From: Podarcis muralis
Taxonomy: Eukaryota
Assembly (NCBI RefSeq): GCF_964188315.1
Contig: NC_135655.1
Location: forward strand, 104,222,001-104,286,000
Length of the DNA: 64,000 nt
Reading direction: 5' to 3'
Below are positions 36,827 to 49,196 of the stretch, in pieces. Numbering within the stretch: position 1 is the stretch's first letter; each line of letters begins with the position of its first letter. A program made the position numbers and the translations under genes. The notes under the pieces are model-generated. The model was not told where the DNA came from. It searched no databases and worked only from the letters and a program-made list of their open reading frames with translations.

Positions 36827-36962
36827 CAGGCTTCCTCAAACTTGGCCCTCCAGATGTTTTAAGACTATAGTTCCCATCATCCCTGACCACTGGTCCTGCT
36901 AGCTAGGGATCATGGGAGTTGTAGGCCAAAAACATCTGGAGGGACGAATTTGAGGAAGCCTG
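36827..36962. mobile_element. Short hAT MITE (CAGGCTTCCTCAAA TIR variant)
   Basis: Perfect TSD CCTTATAA. Confidence 0.94.
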
Positions 36963-37059
36963 CCTTATAAAGTCCTTGGCCTTTGCAACAGGTAATATAA
37001 CAGGCACTAGTAACCCAGGGTCTGGACATCATGATATTTTGCATTTCTCTACCTTATTA

Positions 37060-37425
37060 ACAGCAGCCAATGATCTGTTGTTGGCATCTGTCTGTCTCAA
37101 AAGACAATGGAGTGCGCCACCAGGGGTGAAATCAAACCACTATGTTAGCAGCGCCAAAGTGACCTCCCCTGGGCAAAATGCATGGAGGTCCTGGGGTGCC
37201 CAGAAGACAAGACTCCTCTCTCAGCCTTGCTGATGTCGTCCAAAGGAAAACAGAGCAATACATTTGGCACCAGCTTGGCTGCAGGAGTTGACAGAAGCAG
37301 GCATACAAGGCACCATCCAACCATCTTAGAGACTCCACTCTGGATTTGTGCAGGTTTTACTCCTTAGCCTTTTCCTCTCCCTGCAAAGATATCCTGCAAA
37401 GCAGGAAGGTTCAGGATCAGAATTT
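37060..37425. repeat. Unclassified interspersed repeat fragment, possibly a non-LTR element 5' region
   Basis: GC-richer block resembling a repeat I recall from lizard genomes; single copy here, so not verifiable within the window. Confidence 0.35.
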
Positions 37426-39260
37426 CCCTTCTCCTATGATCTATATAGCATGCATAACAAGACTGGTGAATTACATCAGCCTTCCGCAAGCAGGTGTGCT
37501 TCAAATATCCTTGGACTACAATTCCCATGAGCCCCAGCTAGCTTGGTCTACGCTCAGTGACTATGGGAGCTGCAGTGCAGCAACATTGGGAGGATGCCTC
37601 AGATCAATGCTCTCTCCACACAGTGGACTATGAAGCACCGTGCACCTAGTGACCTAGTCCTAAATAACCTACCCAATAATTGTCCAAACAACTTCAATAA
37701 GATGTTAAGTCCGCTTTGGATTAAACGTTTCTCCCCCTGGTCTAACAGTCATGGCACAATCATTGCAGCCTGGGATCATAACAGAAAGTGAGCAAGTTCT
37801 GCGTGAGTAAGGCCTATGGGGGTCAGGCCTTACATAACATACTGCACTTAGACTGAAAGCCTTTGGGAGCAGTAACCAACAAAGCATTTTTTATTACCGC
37901 ACTAGATTGGCCCAAATTGTTGCTATAAAATACATTTAAATTGCACTTATAGGTTGAGATTGAAAGTGAATGAGATACGTCACATGGGGGGGGGGGGCAT
38001 GGCGAACAGAGACCAAAATAAATCCTTTTTATACAGGCTTCTCCAGTTAGTTCCCGGAGAGTAGCACTGAGTAATAAAGTGTTTTATAAATGAAGACTGG
38101 CTGAATAGTTCCAATTATCCAGTGAGCACACTAGCAGCAGCTACAAATACGGCTGTTAGTGGATTGAAGTATTTGTAGTTGCTTAAACATCTGCCTTTTT
38201 ACTCAATAGATTGATTGATCAAATTTAGATAAACATGCATGTTAACAAACCTCCACTATTAGGAACCTTTTTTTTTTTAAGAAATGGGGATGTACCGTTG
38301 AACAAACCCACCACTGCCACCTTTTAAGATTTGTTTAAAATTCTCTATTATACTAAATATGCTTCCATACTGAGGGATTGGCTTCCTACTCTTTGTAGGG
38401 CCCAGTTCTCTGGTTTACTGAGGAACAGGGGAACTTGAAGCATGCTGGTAAATGACTTGAGCACCAATGGTGCCAACTCCAGGGTGTTGTTGGGGGGGTG
38501 CGGTTGGTCAAATGTTTTCCTTAATGGACCCAACACCTTCTCAAGCCAACAGTCCCCGGGAGTTGGAAGTGGGTCCCCGTGTTGGGATGTGGTCTCACCG
38601 CACATCACAAAGCGCATTTTCAGACATATGAGCAGCAAAGAAGTATTTCTCCGCCACCTTTGTGTCCTCAGAATTGCATCCAGCAGAGCACTTCCAGGAG
38701 GTAAAGGACTTACAGAACCCCAAGGTGGATTCTCCAGATTAGATGAACCCACAAGGTGATGCCATTGCTAGATTCTTTGCTAATGAACTACAAGTGGTAA
38801 CCCTTCTGTGTGTACAAATATTTCGTGGAACGCTGCCCATACACTTGGTAATTGACCCACTTTAATTGGTCTATGTTGCTTTGTAAACCACTTTGAACAA
38901 TGAAAATATAGTACAGAAGTATTTTACAAATAAAGAATAAACAAGCTTCAGAAAGTTTCTCCAATTAACATTGGTCCTACACATTAGCCAAAGAATGCTT
39001 CTTTTGCTTAATCTATCAATCAAATCAAAACTAACTTGAAACCTTAGTAACGTTTTCACCAAAAAGAATTTCCATTGACAACTGGTGATCATGGCAATAG
39101 TCCTTATCGTGTACCAGGAATGGGGAACTAGATTCAGCCAGTGAGTCTGTTCCTGACATCTCCCAACCCTCATGGGTCACTTGAACAGATGGGTGGGTCC
39201 ACAACTCCCTTGCATATGCGCCCCTCCATCCCTGGCTTATTCCTTCATCTGTTCAGACTA

Positions 39261-39502
39261 CAGTGGTACCTCGTGTTACATACCATCCCCCTTACGAATG
39301 CTGCGGATTACGCGCTCCACTAACCCGGAAGTAGATGCCCCTTGTTGTGACCTTTGCCCCAGGATGTGAGTGGAAGTCGCGCTCCTGTGGCGCAGCAGCA
39401 GGAGGAGGCGCCATTAGAGAAAGCACGCCTCATGTTATGAGCGGTTTCCTGTTACGAACGGACCTCCGGAATGGATTAAGTACGTAACACGAGGCACCAC
39501 TG
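39261..39502. mobile_element. Tc1/mariner-type MITE, third subfamily
   Basis: TA-CAGTGGTACCTCGTGTTAC...GTAACACGAGGCACCACTG-TA. Confidence 0.88.
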
Positions 39503-39892
39503 TAATGCCTGAACATTTCTCATGCGGACTGGTAAAATAGGTTCAACTCATGCAGAGTTAGATCATCCTGACATCTTAAAACAAGTAGCTTTGTTTGGAC
39601 TGAATTTTCATTGTGCAGCCAATTTGCTATGCAGTACATTCTTGTAAGACATATGGTAGTTTAATTTAAAGGGGGGCACAGAAGGATATGAATGTGCCAC
39701 AAAGAAATCATGTGATCACTTTGCTAACCTACCCAGAGGAGAAAACTATAAAGCATCACCCACCAAATTGAGGGGTGGGCTACCTTTAAAAAAACCCCCA
39801 AATGTGCTGTAAGTCCAGTATTATATAAAAACTATGGTGAGCATGCAGACCTCCAGGCTTGCTTCTAGTCTGCCTATTTGAAAAGTAGGGAG

Positions 39893-40761
39893 GAATGAAT
39901 GAATGAATGAAACTATTTGCGTCAGCCGTCAGCCATAGCAACAAAAAAACATAGCGATATACACAGAACAAAATAAAAAGTCGATTATAAAACACAGTTT
40001 GGGGTCCTGAATCAAAGAGTGGACCTTATTCCGATTGCCCCAGCTAGAAACCTTGCAACCTTGCAAGTCATCTGCTCCTGTTGATCTGCCAGGAGAAATG
40101 ACACTGTGGCAGTGGTTGTGTGACCCAGAATGGTCAATAAAAGAGGCAGGATAATCTCATTCCTCAGGTCCTTGTAAAGAGTGCACATGAGGAGGGCATG
40201 CGCCACCGATTCGGTGCTGCCATCTCCGCAGGGACATAAGCATTTTTCATATGGAATCTGTTGGAATCGTCCCTCAAGTACAGCCGAGGGCAGTACATTC
40301 AGTCTTGCGAGGGTGAAGGCACGTCTATATTTTGGAATGGCTAGATTATACAGATAGGGTGTCAGAGAGTCAAAGTGGGAGGATGGAAAATGGTTGTACC
40401 ATGGGCAAAACTTCCTTATTGTGGCCAAGTTGTTCTGACACTCAGGCGTTGGCAAATTAGACTGTTTACTTTGCTATAACCCACGGTGACTAGCTGTTGT
40501 GGGGATAAATCACAAGAGTGAAGTTTCTGATTGACAATTTTAGACCAGGCACTCTTGTGACAGTCTTGTTGCACTAGGGATATTAGACTGGGGGGGGATT
40601 TGAGTTTAGGCGGAGCCAGAAATTGAATGTCCTGCACCAGATCCGTAATTCTACCGAGGGGAGATTGGCCTCTAGGCGCAATGATGTGTTTGGGACACCG
40701 GGTGATACAGAAAAAAATTGCCTTAAGAACTTTGAATGGGCAGCTTCTGTGGATCCATGGT
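39893..40761 (-). mobile_element. Non-LTR retrotransposon 3' part (RTEX-like) with CCHC knuckle, frameshifted
   Basis: Three successive frames: KFLRQFFSVSPGVPNTSLRLEANLPSVELRIW..FNFWLRL / AWSKIVNQKL..LICQRL / RRAFTLARLNVLPSAVLEGRF..CPCGDGSTESVAHALLMCTLYKDLR; (TTCA)n tail. Confidence 0.85.
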
Positions 40762-40898
40762 GAAGAAGAAGAAGAAGAAGACCCTGCTTATCTGGCTGGG
40801 TTTCCTCAGCCACTCTGGGTCGCTTCCAGCACATATAAAAACATAATAAAACATCAAACATCAAAAATTTTCTGATACAGGGCTGCCTTCTGATGTCT
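40762..40898 (-). mobile_element. L2 3' end with (CTT)n tail
   Basis: atctggctgggtttcctcagccactctgggt..cttcca; (GAA)n at 40762-40780. Confidence 0.88.
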
Positions 40899-41080
40899 CC
40901 TGCCACTCCATCCAGCTGTGTCACAGACCACAATTTGTGGCGCTCCTGCCACGAGGAATTTACTCTAGATGTTTTAAGAATATGTTCACCTGTAGTACAT
41001 TGGGGGGGGGTGTTGGAGGCAAGTATCAATAGTCCTAATTTAAAGCTGTGTCTTGATTTAAATTGTGCCCAAATACAGTA

Positions 41081-41322
41081 CAGTGGTACCTCGGGTTAAG
41101 TACTTAATTCGTTCCAGAGGTCCGTACTTAACCTGAAACTGTTCTTAACCTGAAGCACCACTTTAGCTAATGGGGCCTCCTGCTGCTGCCGCGCTGCTGG
41201 AGCACGATTTCTGTTCTCATCCTGAAGCAAAGTTCTTAACCTGAAGCAATATTTCTGGCTTAGCGGAGTCTGTAACCTGAAGCGTATGTAACCTGAAGCG
41301 TATGTAACCCGAGGTACCACTG
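41081..41322. mobile_element. Tc1/mariner-type MITE
   Basis: Perfect TIRs CAGTGGTACCTCGGGTTA; TA TSD; preceded by TACAGTA. Confidence 0.94.
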
Positions 41323-43004
41323 TAAGTCTTATTCCAGAAGGCTTTTCTGTTACAATCTATCAGCCCTCTTTTCCTGTTCTTTCTTTGCATTATTCCTATG
41401 AAAGTGAAAATGATTACTAATCCAATAACCTCAAGGGGAGAAAGAAAAGCATTTTGTTTCAATGTAACTACAGTTTTAGTCGAGTCTCTAGAGAAAGCAG
41501 TTTACAACAGCAGCACTCAGGGGACAGAGTGATAGGAAACAAAACATGTACATTCCATCATATTTTGGAATATATTTTTTCCTAGGTAAAAGGTAAAAAG
41601 CTGGTAGAATTTGCAAGTGCTGTAGGCAAATTAAATAAAACAGCTTAAGACAACATCATGTCCAAGCAGGGCATGTCTCTTAGGATCTAAATCTAGCGTA
41701 AAATTTACCACTGTGAGTGCGCATGAGAGTGTGTGTGTTTGTGTGCGTATGAGATTTTATTTTTCAGACAGCTTTTGTTTCATCTCAGTAAGCTGGCAAT
41801 GTTCCCTGATCCTCTTATTATACAATAATCTTTTTTATGGCATTCCAATTAGTTTCATTGTTTATCTAAATGCAGGACAACCTACCACTTCAGAGTAGTC
41901 AATGTAGAAAGGAAGAGGGAGGGAAAGCAGCCATGTTATTTTGATAATTGGAACATGGAGTTCTTCTGTATTTATATTAAAGGCATTTAAGATGTTTCGA
42001 TACAACTGTTCACAAGGCACATACTTTAATAGAGTCCTGTTGTGTCAGTTGCAGATGGGGGGGGGGGGAGAATACCATTGTGTACGTAAGACTAGAAGCC
42101 ATAAATAAGTAAATATTTTTTTAAAAAATGTTGCCTATTATAAACACTTCCTAAAAGGTCCCTCTTTCTGGATTTTCAGCTTTGTCTTTGCAGCACTAGT
42201 TAAAACAGTCCATTTAAGGATAACTGCAACACAAAATTGAGTAAAAATCCTAGATTCCTGTGTTGAATTATCTAAAAACTAAGCTATGCAAGAGGCACAA
42301 AGCACAGACAGTAGATATATTTTTAAAAAAAATTCTTAGAATGCAAGAGAGAAAATATCTTTGTACTTTCTGCTTCACTGCTAATATCCTGGAGTGTGGG
42401 CTTCTCAAATGTTAGAAGGCATTTTCAAGAATAGAGAGTCTACTCTTGAAAACGATTTAATGGAAGGGAAATCATACTTCTAAAAAGTTATTTACTCTTA
42501 TTTATCATCTTCTCCCCTTTACTCCTAAATTGGAGCTTGAAAATTTCACACACACACACCCCAATTAATCTGCTACTATACCAGCCTAAAGGAGACAAAC
42601 CACCTCAAATCCCAAAAAGGTTGTTGTAAAAGGGTGAGATTAGGATCATATATTTGAATTTAGGCTTGAAAATGTGAATTGCTAGTTACCACGCTCCCTC
42701 CCGTTAACTGTTAAGGCATTTTATTATTCCTTTTGTTATTTAAAAACTTCCCCCACCCCTTGCCCAGCATCTCCCAAACCGTAACTCCCAATGCAGCAAA
42801 AAAGTGTTATCTACCATCACCATTACTGCTGTAGCTGAAACTAAGAAAGCTATAGGTTTAGTAATCAACTTTGGTTGCACTCCAGATCATAATTATGCAT
42901 GAAACCTCACTGAGCTGGATCACGGCCCTGGTTTGCTGCAATTTGCCCACACAACTCACAGTGGCACACCATCAACAATGTGATGACTTAGAAAGGGGAC
43001 ATGC

Positions 43005-43256
43005 CATAGGTGTGAACCCCAAACTATACTGGGATGGGGCTGAGCCCCCACCCCCAATCTTGAGGGGTCGGGCCTTGTCAGGCCTTGCTGCAACAGGCCC
43101 CACCAGGCCTTCCCACAGCCGCAGAGGCCTCACTGGGCCTCCCCATGGTTGTGACGACCTCCTCCCGCAATGTAACATCACACGTGTGCATCATGCATGT
43201 GACGTTACACACTCATGGCGGCCTCCCAAAAAGTTGGGTGGAACCTAGCACCTATG
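43005..43256. mobile_element. hAT non-autonomous element with internal palindrome
   Basis: TIR CATAGGTG/CACCTATG; TSD GGACATGC/GAACATGC; internal TGTAACATCACA..TGTGACGTTACA. Confidence 0.82.
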
Positions 43257-45132
43257 GAACATGCTAAGTTCTTTCTTAGGATGGCCTGAAAAGTAACAGA
43301 AGTAATACACTTGTAATTATTCCTTTAAGAAAAACTTGGTTGGGGATTAAGGAACCCTACATTTAGGTCACATACACACACCACACTGCTCTTATATAAA
43401 AGAAAGATAAAGCACAAAAAACTCCCAAGTGGCTCTGGTAAGCTTTAACGATCCATCCAAAAAAACCACAATAGCGTAAAACATCTTCTTGGGAAAAGCA
43501 ACAAATCAGGTTCCAAATTAGCAGTCATATAATGAAGGCGAAACAAGATGCAGAACACATACCATGCTTGCCAAAATATTTCACAATGTAGATAATGCCC
43601 CCTTTTAAACATCTTACTATATGTAGTTGCTAATCCTTAATGCACACACACAATCATAAATGCATGTTGACTCAGCAAGCATGGATGACTTAGCTTACAT
43701 CAAAGTTATTTATTGTTTTCATTTCTACAAAACCCATCCACAAGGGACTCGGAATGGCTTCAGAAACGACTTCAAAATGCTCAGTAATGGGGGTGGGATC
43801 CATAGCTTTAAATACATGTACACACAACCCCTATATACAAATCAATGTTTATCAAACACCTACCTGTAGAGAAATGTGTCAGTGACAAAGCCAAAAGGTT
43901 TCGTTCCAAATAGTTTCTGACTCTACTTGAGACGATCAACTATGCCACAAGCTATGCGAAATATTCTAACAGTTATCAGCAATATCTTTCGTGTCAATAG
44001 GCAAGTGTAAGCTGTTTAGTGTCTGAGAATGTCTATAAAGCAGCCTTTATCAACATGGTGCCTTCCAGGTGTTTTAGACTATAACTTCCATCTGCACCAG
44101 CCAGCACACCTGATGGAAGTTGTAGTAGAAAACATCTGGAGAACAAAATTTACTCCACATTCTGTCTCTTGAGTGCAGCCTCTTCCATACATACATCTCA
44201 GCAAGACAGCCACCATATAAGCCTTAATTCCCCAAATATTATTACTGCACTCCAGAATTTGCTCACTTGGTGGCATTCTTCTGTCAGCAAATATGTTCGC
44301 AGCTTGCAGGGTAGGTCCTTCCAAGCCCTTTGGACAACGTTTCAAGGTTCCTCCCAATTTAAAAGAGGTCTCCATGGTGCATCTTTCCTGGAAAATGCCA
44401 ACAAAAATGTCAAAGAAACACTGTCCAAAGGGTTTCCAATGGGTGCCACAGTCTGCAGGAATTCTGTGAGAAGTAAAGATTCTGATGGGTGTAATTCTTA
44501 AGCAGTCAGGTTACATGACCTAGGTATTATCAAATCCTTCATGCCAACAATTCAGCTATTAAAATGACAAAGCACAGGGGTGCCCGTTAGCCTCTAGACA
44601 CTTTGGTTCCATTATTTAATGCCTATTTTTTTAATAATAATAAAAATGAGCCCAAGATTTCAGTGTGAAAAAATAATGAACTTTAAGAAATGTCACTTTT
44701 ACTAACAGAAATTACGGCTTGAACACCTGAAATGTGAATATTGAATAAAAAAAATACATTTTAATAATGTTAGGGTTGTGACACAAGCTGACAAAAAGAA
44801 TAAAAATGCAAGTCACAACTGACACTCTGTCCTTAATCATATCCTTATTGGGAGGGAGGAGCAAAGAATCCTCCCCAGTCCCCATGTGTGAATTCTTTGC
44901 CTCCTCATTTTAGATCCAATGAACACAAAAGATATCTTAAAGCAGTGTATACTACCTCAACCACCACACACATATTCTGAATGTCCTTCAGCTAGTAGTT
45001 TAAGAACTTTAAACTATCACAGCTTAAAAATGCTGTTGACACGCTTAGACATGTGCAGAGGAGGGCAACCAAGCCTTGTGAGGAACGTGGCTTTGGCCTA
45101 TAGCGGCCGAGCCATGAGGGTATAGTCTACTG

Positions 45133-45638
45133 CATGGGTAGGCAAACTAAGACCCGGGGGTCGGATCTGGCCCAATCACCTTCTAAATCCGGCCTGCGGA
45201 TGGTCCAGGAATCAGCATGTTTTTACATGAGTAGAAAGTGTCCTTTTATTTAAAATGCATCTCTGGGTTAGAAGAGTTTGGATTTGATATCCCGCTTTAT
45301 CACTACCCAAAGGAGTCTCAAAGCGACTAACATTCTCCTTTCCCTTCCTCCCCCACAACAAACACTCTGTGAGGTGAGTGAGGCTGAGAGACTTCAAAGA
45401 AGTGTGACTGGCCCAAGGTCACCCAGCAGCTGCATGTGGAGGAGCGGAGACGCGAACCCGGTTACCCAGATTACGAGACTACCGCTCTTAACCACTACAC
45501 CACACTGGCTCTCACTGGTTATTTGTGAGGCATAGGAATTCGTTCATTTTTTAATTTTTTTCAAAATATAGTCCGGCCCCCCACAAGGTCTGAGGGACAG
45601 TGGACCGGCCCCCTGCTGAAAAAGTTTGCTGACCCCTC
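45133..45638. mobile_element. hAT non-autonomous element containing a SINE
   Basis: Perfect TSD GTCTACTG; termini CATGGGTAGGCAAACT / AGTTTGCTGACCCCTC. Confidence 0.9.
45270..45513 (-). mobile_element. Squam3-like tRNA-derived SINE, full length
   Basis: Minus strand GAGAGCCAGTGTGGTGTAGTGGTTAAGAGC head, B-box-like GGGTTCGCGTCTC, (TCT)n tail. Confidence 0.88.
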
Positions 45639-47424
45639 GTCTACTGGGTGGGCACAGAGTGAGGACTTCTAGTGCTGGTCTTCACTCCAGTTCATTCACT
45701 AGACATAAAACAGTCCTCACTTATTGAGTTGGGTCCCTAGCGAAAGGAAGGAGGGATTGGGGATCAGGGTACCCTATTAAAGGGGTCCATGTAGTGGTGT
45801 CCTGTCCGGATGCCCAAACAGGGGCTCATGGACCACAGCACCCCACCACAACGGCGATCTCAGCAGGTCACCTGATTTGATGTACTTCATAGAGTGATTC
45901 TTAATCCAGGATCGATCCTGCAAAAACAATCAACCAGCAGTTGGGCTGGATGATTCAGGATACACTCCCAATCCCTTTACCAAAACACCTATGCCAAAAT
46001 CAACTGAGATGTGCAATCAATAAAGTTGTGGTCCATTTAATCTCAATAAGTTTATCCTGTGATCATTTCACCTGTCAATGTCTTGGCTCCTGCCCCACCA
46101 ACAGCAGGCTCACTATGCTTGGGACTACAAATGGTATTGATGAATGTAGGGTTGAAGAGCTTCCTGAGGAAACCAACAGCTTTCCAAAACCAGCTCCCAC
46201 CTCTGCATGGTCAGAAAACTATTTCACTGTATGTATTCAACCTAGCTCTTAGATGTATATGAATGTAAATCATAATTACAAGTGTACGTCAAAGATTACA
46301 ACCATTCTACCATATTATAGTGAAACTGCAACATATCTCTATCACAACCTTTGCCTCTGAAATTTTGTGAATGGCAACTCCACTAACCCGTAGCAAGTGT
46401 ATTCTTGTATACAGCCTACTGCTTTTCCACAATGTGCTCTCAAACCAATTATTCATGACTGAAACTCTTGAGGGGCGAAACGGGGAACTGAGTAAACATG
46501 ACGGGGAGAACAAAGAAAGTAGCATTCCCGAGCAAGTCTCTTCCCAGCTGTGCTGTTACCTGTTTCTGTTCACTGCAAAATATGTGGCCTGTTCTACAAA
46601 TACATCAGAGGGATGATAAAATATGCACAGTTGGCTCAGCCTATCTAGTCACACAGATTTTGTCTTTGCATGTGCCAGCAACTGGTGGTCCCCCCAGATG
46701 CAGTACAAAGTCTACTGATCAACCTTCAAATGTTTCGGGGCTTGAGCCACTCTGCGCACACATTTGGGATTTGATGAGAGGGGTGAGGCTGGCTTCAATG
46801 AATAAGTGAGGTATAGTATTGCTCAGGGTCCAGGTGTATTCATACTCTCTGTTAAACACTTAAAGAACCAATTCAAGCTACAGTGTCTGAATGAAAGGTG
46901 CCTTTGTACTTCTGGATACAGTAAATAGACCACAGTGAGCTGCCTTTTTCAGTTCAATACATCTGCTCTCTTTCACATACAATAAGTCCCTTTACAGCTT
47001 CTACATTGTACCAAACAACTGTGATGTTTCTAGCCGCCATAGTGGAAAAAACGAGACCTCAACTAACTGCTATAGCTTGTGATAAATTCCTTTTAGAAGA
47101 AGAAATGGACAGATAGTTTGGAAACGTACCCTTTCATAGTGAACCTTCACAGAGCAACTAGAAATTCAAGCTCTCTACAGTATGCTGAGGGATCTTGAAC
47201 AGTTCTGTGTTAAATTTCCCTAATAACCATATTCTGAACACCTGGCTGGCTCCAGGAATATTATCTTGTTTCTTCACCTTCAATACCAATATATCAATAT
47301 GAAGTTCATATTGTTAAAAACATTTGTGTCACATACGCATTTAAGTTTGGCTTGTTTCATAACTTGAAGGTGGGACTTCACATTATGCAGGTTGCATGAG
47401 AAAATAGCAGGAAATAGGAACCCA

Positions 47425-47595
47425 CCTTATACAATATCAGAGCATTGGTCTATGTAGCTCAGTATTGTCTACACTGACTGCCGGTGGCTCACCAGGATTT
47501 CAGACAGGGGACACTCCCAGCCCTGCTTGGAGGTGATGCTGGCAACTGAACCCAAGACCTTCTGCATACAAATAATGTCCTCTACTACTGAGCAC
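47425..47595 (-). mobile_element. Old tRNA-derived SINE remnant
   Basis: Minus strand CTCAGTAGTAGAGGACATT...TCTTGGGTTCAGTTGCCAGCATC; homologous to 15535 and 50142. Confidence 0.7.
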
Positions 47596-47601
47596 TGACA
47601 A

Positions 47602-47937
47602 ACCCTCCAAGTGTCCCTATTTTCCAGGGATGCCCCTGATTTAGAGAAGCCATCCCAGTTTCTGATTTGATCCTGGAATGTCCCACTTTTCCTTAGGATG
47701 TCCCTATTTTCATTGGAGAAATGTTGGAGGGTATGGAGTTACCCAACCCTCGAGGCGTCTGAAGGCAATCTTGTAGAGGGAAGTTTTTTTATGTTTAATG
47801 CTTTATTATGTTCTTATATATGTTGGAAGCTGCCCAGCGTGGCTGGGGCAACCCAGTAAGATGTGTAGGGCATAAATAGTAAAATTATCGTTATGGAATG
47901 GGACATCCCTATTTTCATCGGAGAAATGTTGGAGGGT
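47602..47937. mobile_element. Composite MITE carrying an L2 3' end between duplicated termini
   Basis: ACCCTCCAA / TTGGAGGGT inverted termini; 37-bp direct repeat at 47696-47732 and 47901-47937; L2 tail at about 47750-47895. Confidence 0.75.
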
Positions 47938-48954
47938 CCTTCCCAAAGGGGAAGTTCTGTGTTGAGTTTTCTACCACACAGCATGATGTGATGTCAACAT
48001 GACAACATCATGGCATTTGAGTAAGGGATACAGCACCTTACAGTATCTGAATTACATCTGAATTCCACCTCAGAATTTGGATTTCAATTGCCTTAGGCTC
48101 ACTATCATTGCTGGACTTCTCTATTGCTCAAAATCCTGTAAACTGGAAAGTGATACGTATGTTAAGTTGGCGAACAAGAGCTAAAATAAGTTCTCTGTGC
48201 TCCCTGAGCCTCTGGTAGCAAGTAACCAAGAGGTTGGGAACTAAATTCAGTACCAAGGCTTCACCCAAAACAGACAGACACCAGCCATAAATGAGATAGG
48301 CTTATCAAAAGGAAAAAGACAGAAATGGGATAAAAGTAGCCATATCTATGAGGGCCAGAAAGGCCCATAAAAGGTACACATCTAAAATTTCATTGGTATC
48401 CATAATTGGGAATTATAAATCAGAAGAAAACAATCAAACTACCTTCCTAAGTACATACCACAGAGCACAGATCCAAACGCTTTCATTCCATAGCGCAGAA
48501 ACTATGGACTCCCAGGTGCTGCAAGAAAATGAGTTTGAAAGACTCAAAAGACAGAATGGAGACAAGAAGTAGAGGGCAATGGCTTTTTGTTTAAGAGGCT
48601 TGGCATAGCAACTGGGGTGAGTCCTCTTAGCCAATCAAAAGGCTTAGCAGCTGGAACCATCTGCACATGAGCAAATATCCATTCTCACAGCTGTTGCCAG
48701 TTCTTAAGTAGCAGGCCCAGGGTCCCACCTTAGATCACAGTAGCACAATATAATACAGGTGCTTCCAACCACTGTGCTGATACCAGTTACTGAGAAACAA
48801 CAACTTCTCAAAGAGGCCAGTGTTTACCCAGAAGAAGCTATCTTCTTGACAACGTTTGGAAAACATTGCTTGGGGAAAAAAACCTGAAGAGTCTTGTCAA
48901 AGCCAAAAGTGTCCTCAGCTCCAAGTTCCTGTGCATTCCATAGATATTTCAGTA

Positions 48955-49196
48955 CAGTGGTACCTCAGGTTACATACGCTTCAGGTTACATACACTTCAG
49001 GTTACAGACTCTGCTAACCCAGAAATAGTGCTTCAGGTTAAGAACTTTGCTTCAGGTTGAGAATAGAAATCGTGCTCCGGCGGCGCAGCAGCAGCAGGAG
49101 GCCCCATTAGCTAAAGTGGTGCTTCAGGTTAAGGACAGTTTCAGGTTAAGTACAGACCTCCGGAACGAATTAAGTACTTAACCCGAGGTACCACTG
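48955..49196. mobile_element. Tc1/mariner-type MITE
   Basis: TA-CAGTGGTACCTCAGG...CCGAGGTACCACTG-TA. Confidence 0.93.

Noticed and set aside
44267-44463. In-frame TGA as selenocysteine, or C-type lectin/SOCS-box resemblance
   Set aside because: No SECIS or selenoprotein similarity; the motif resemblances are too weak
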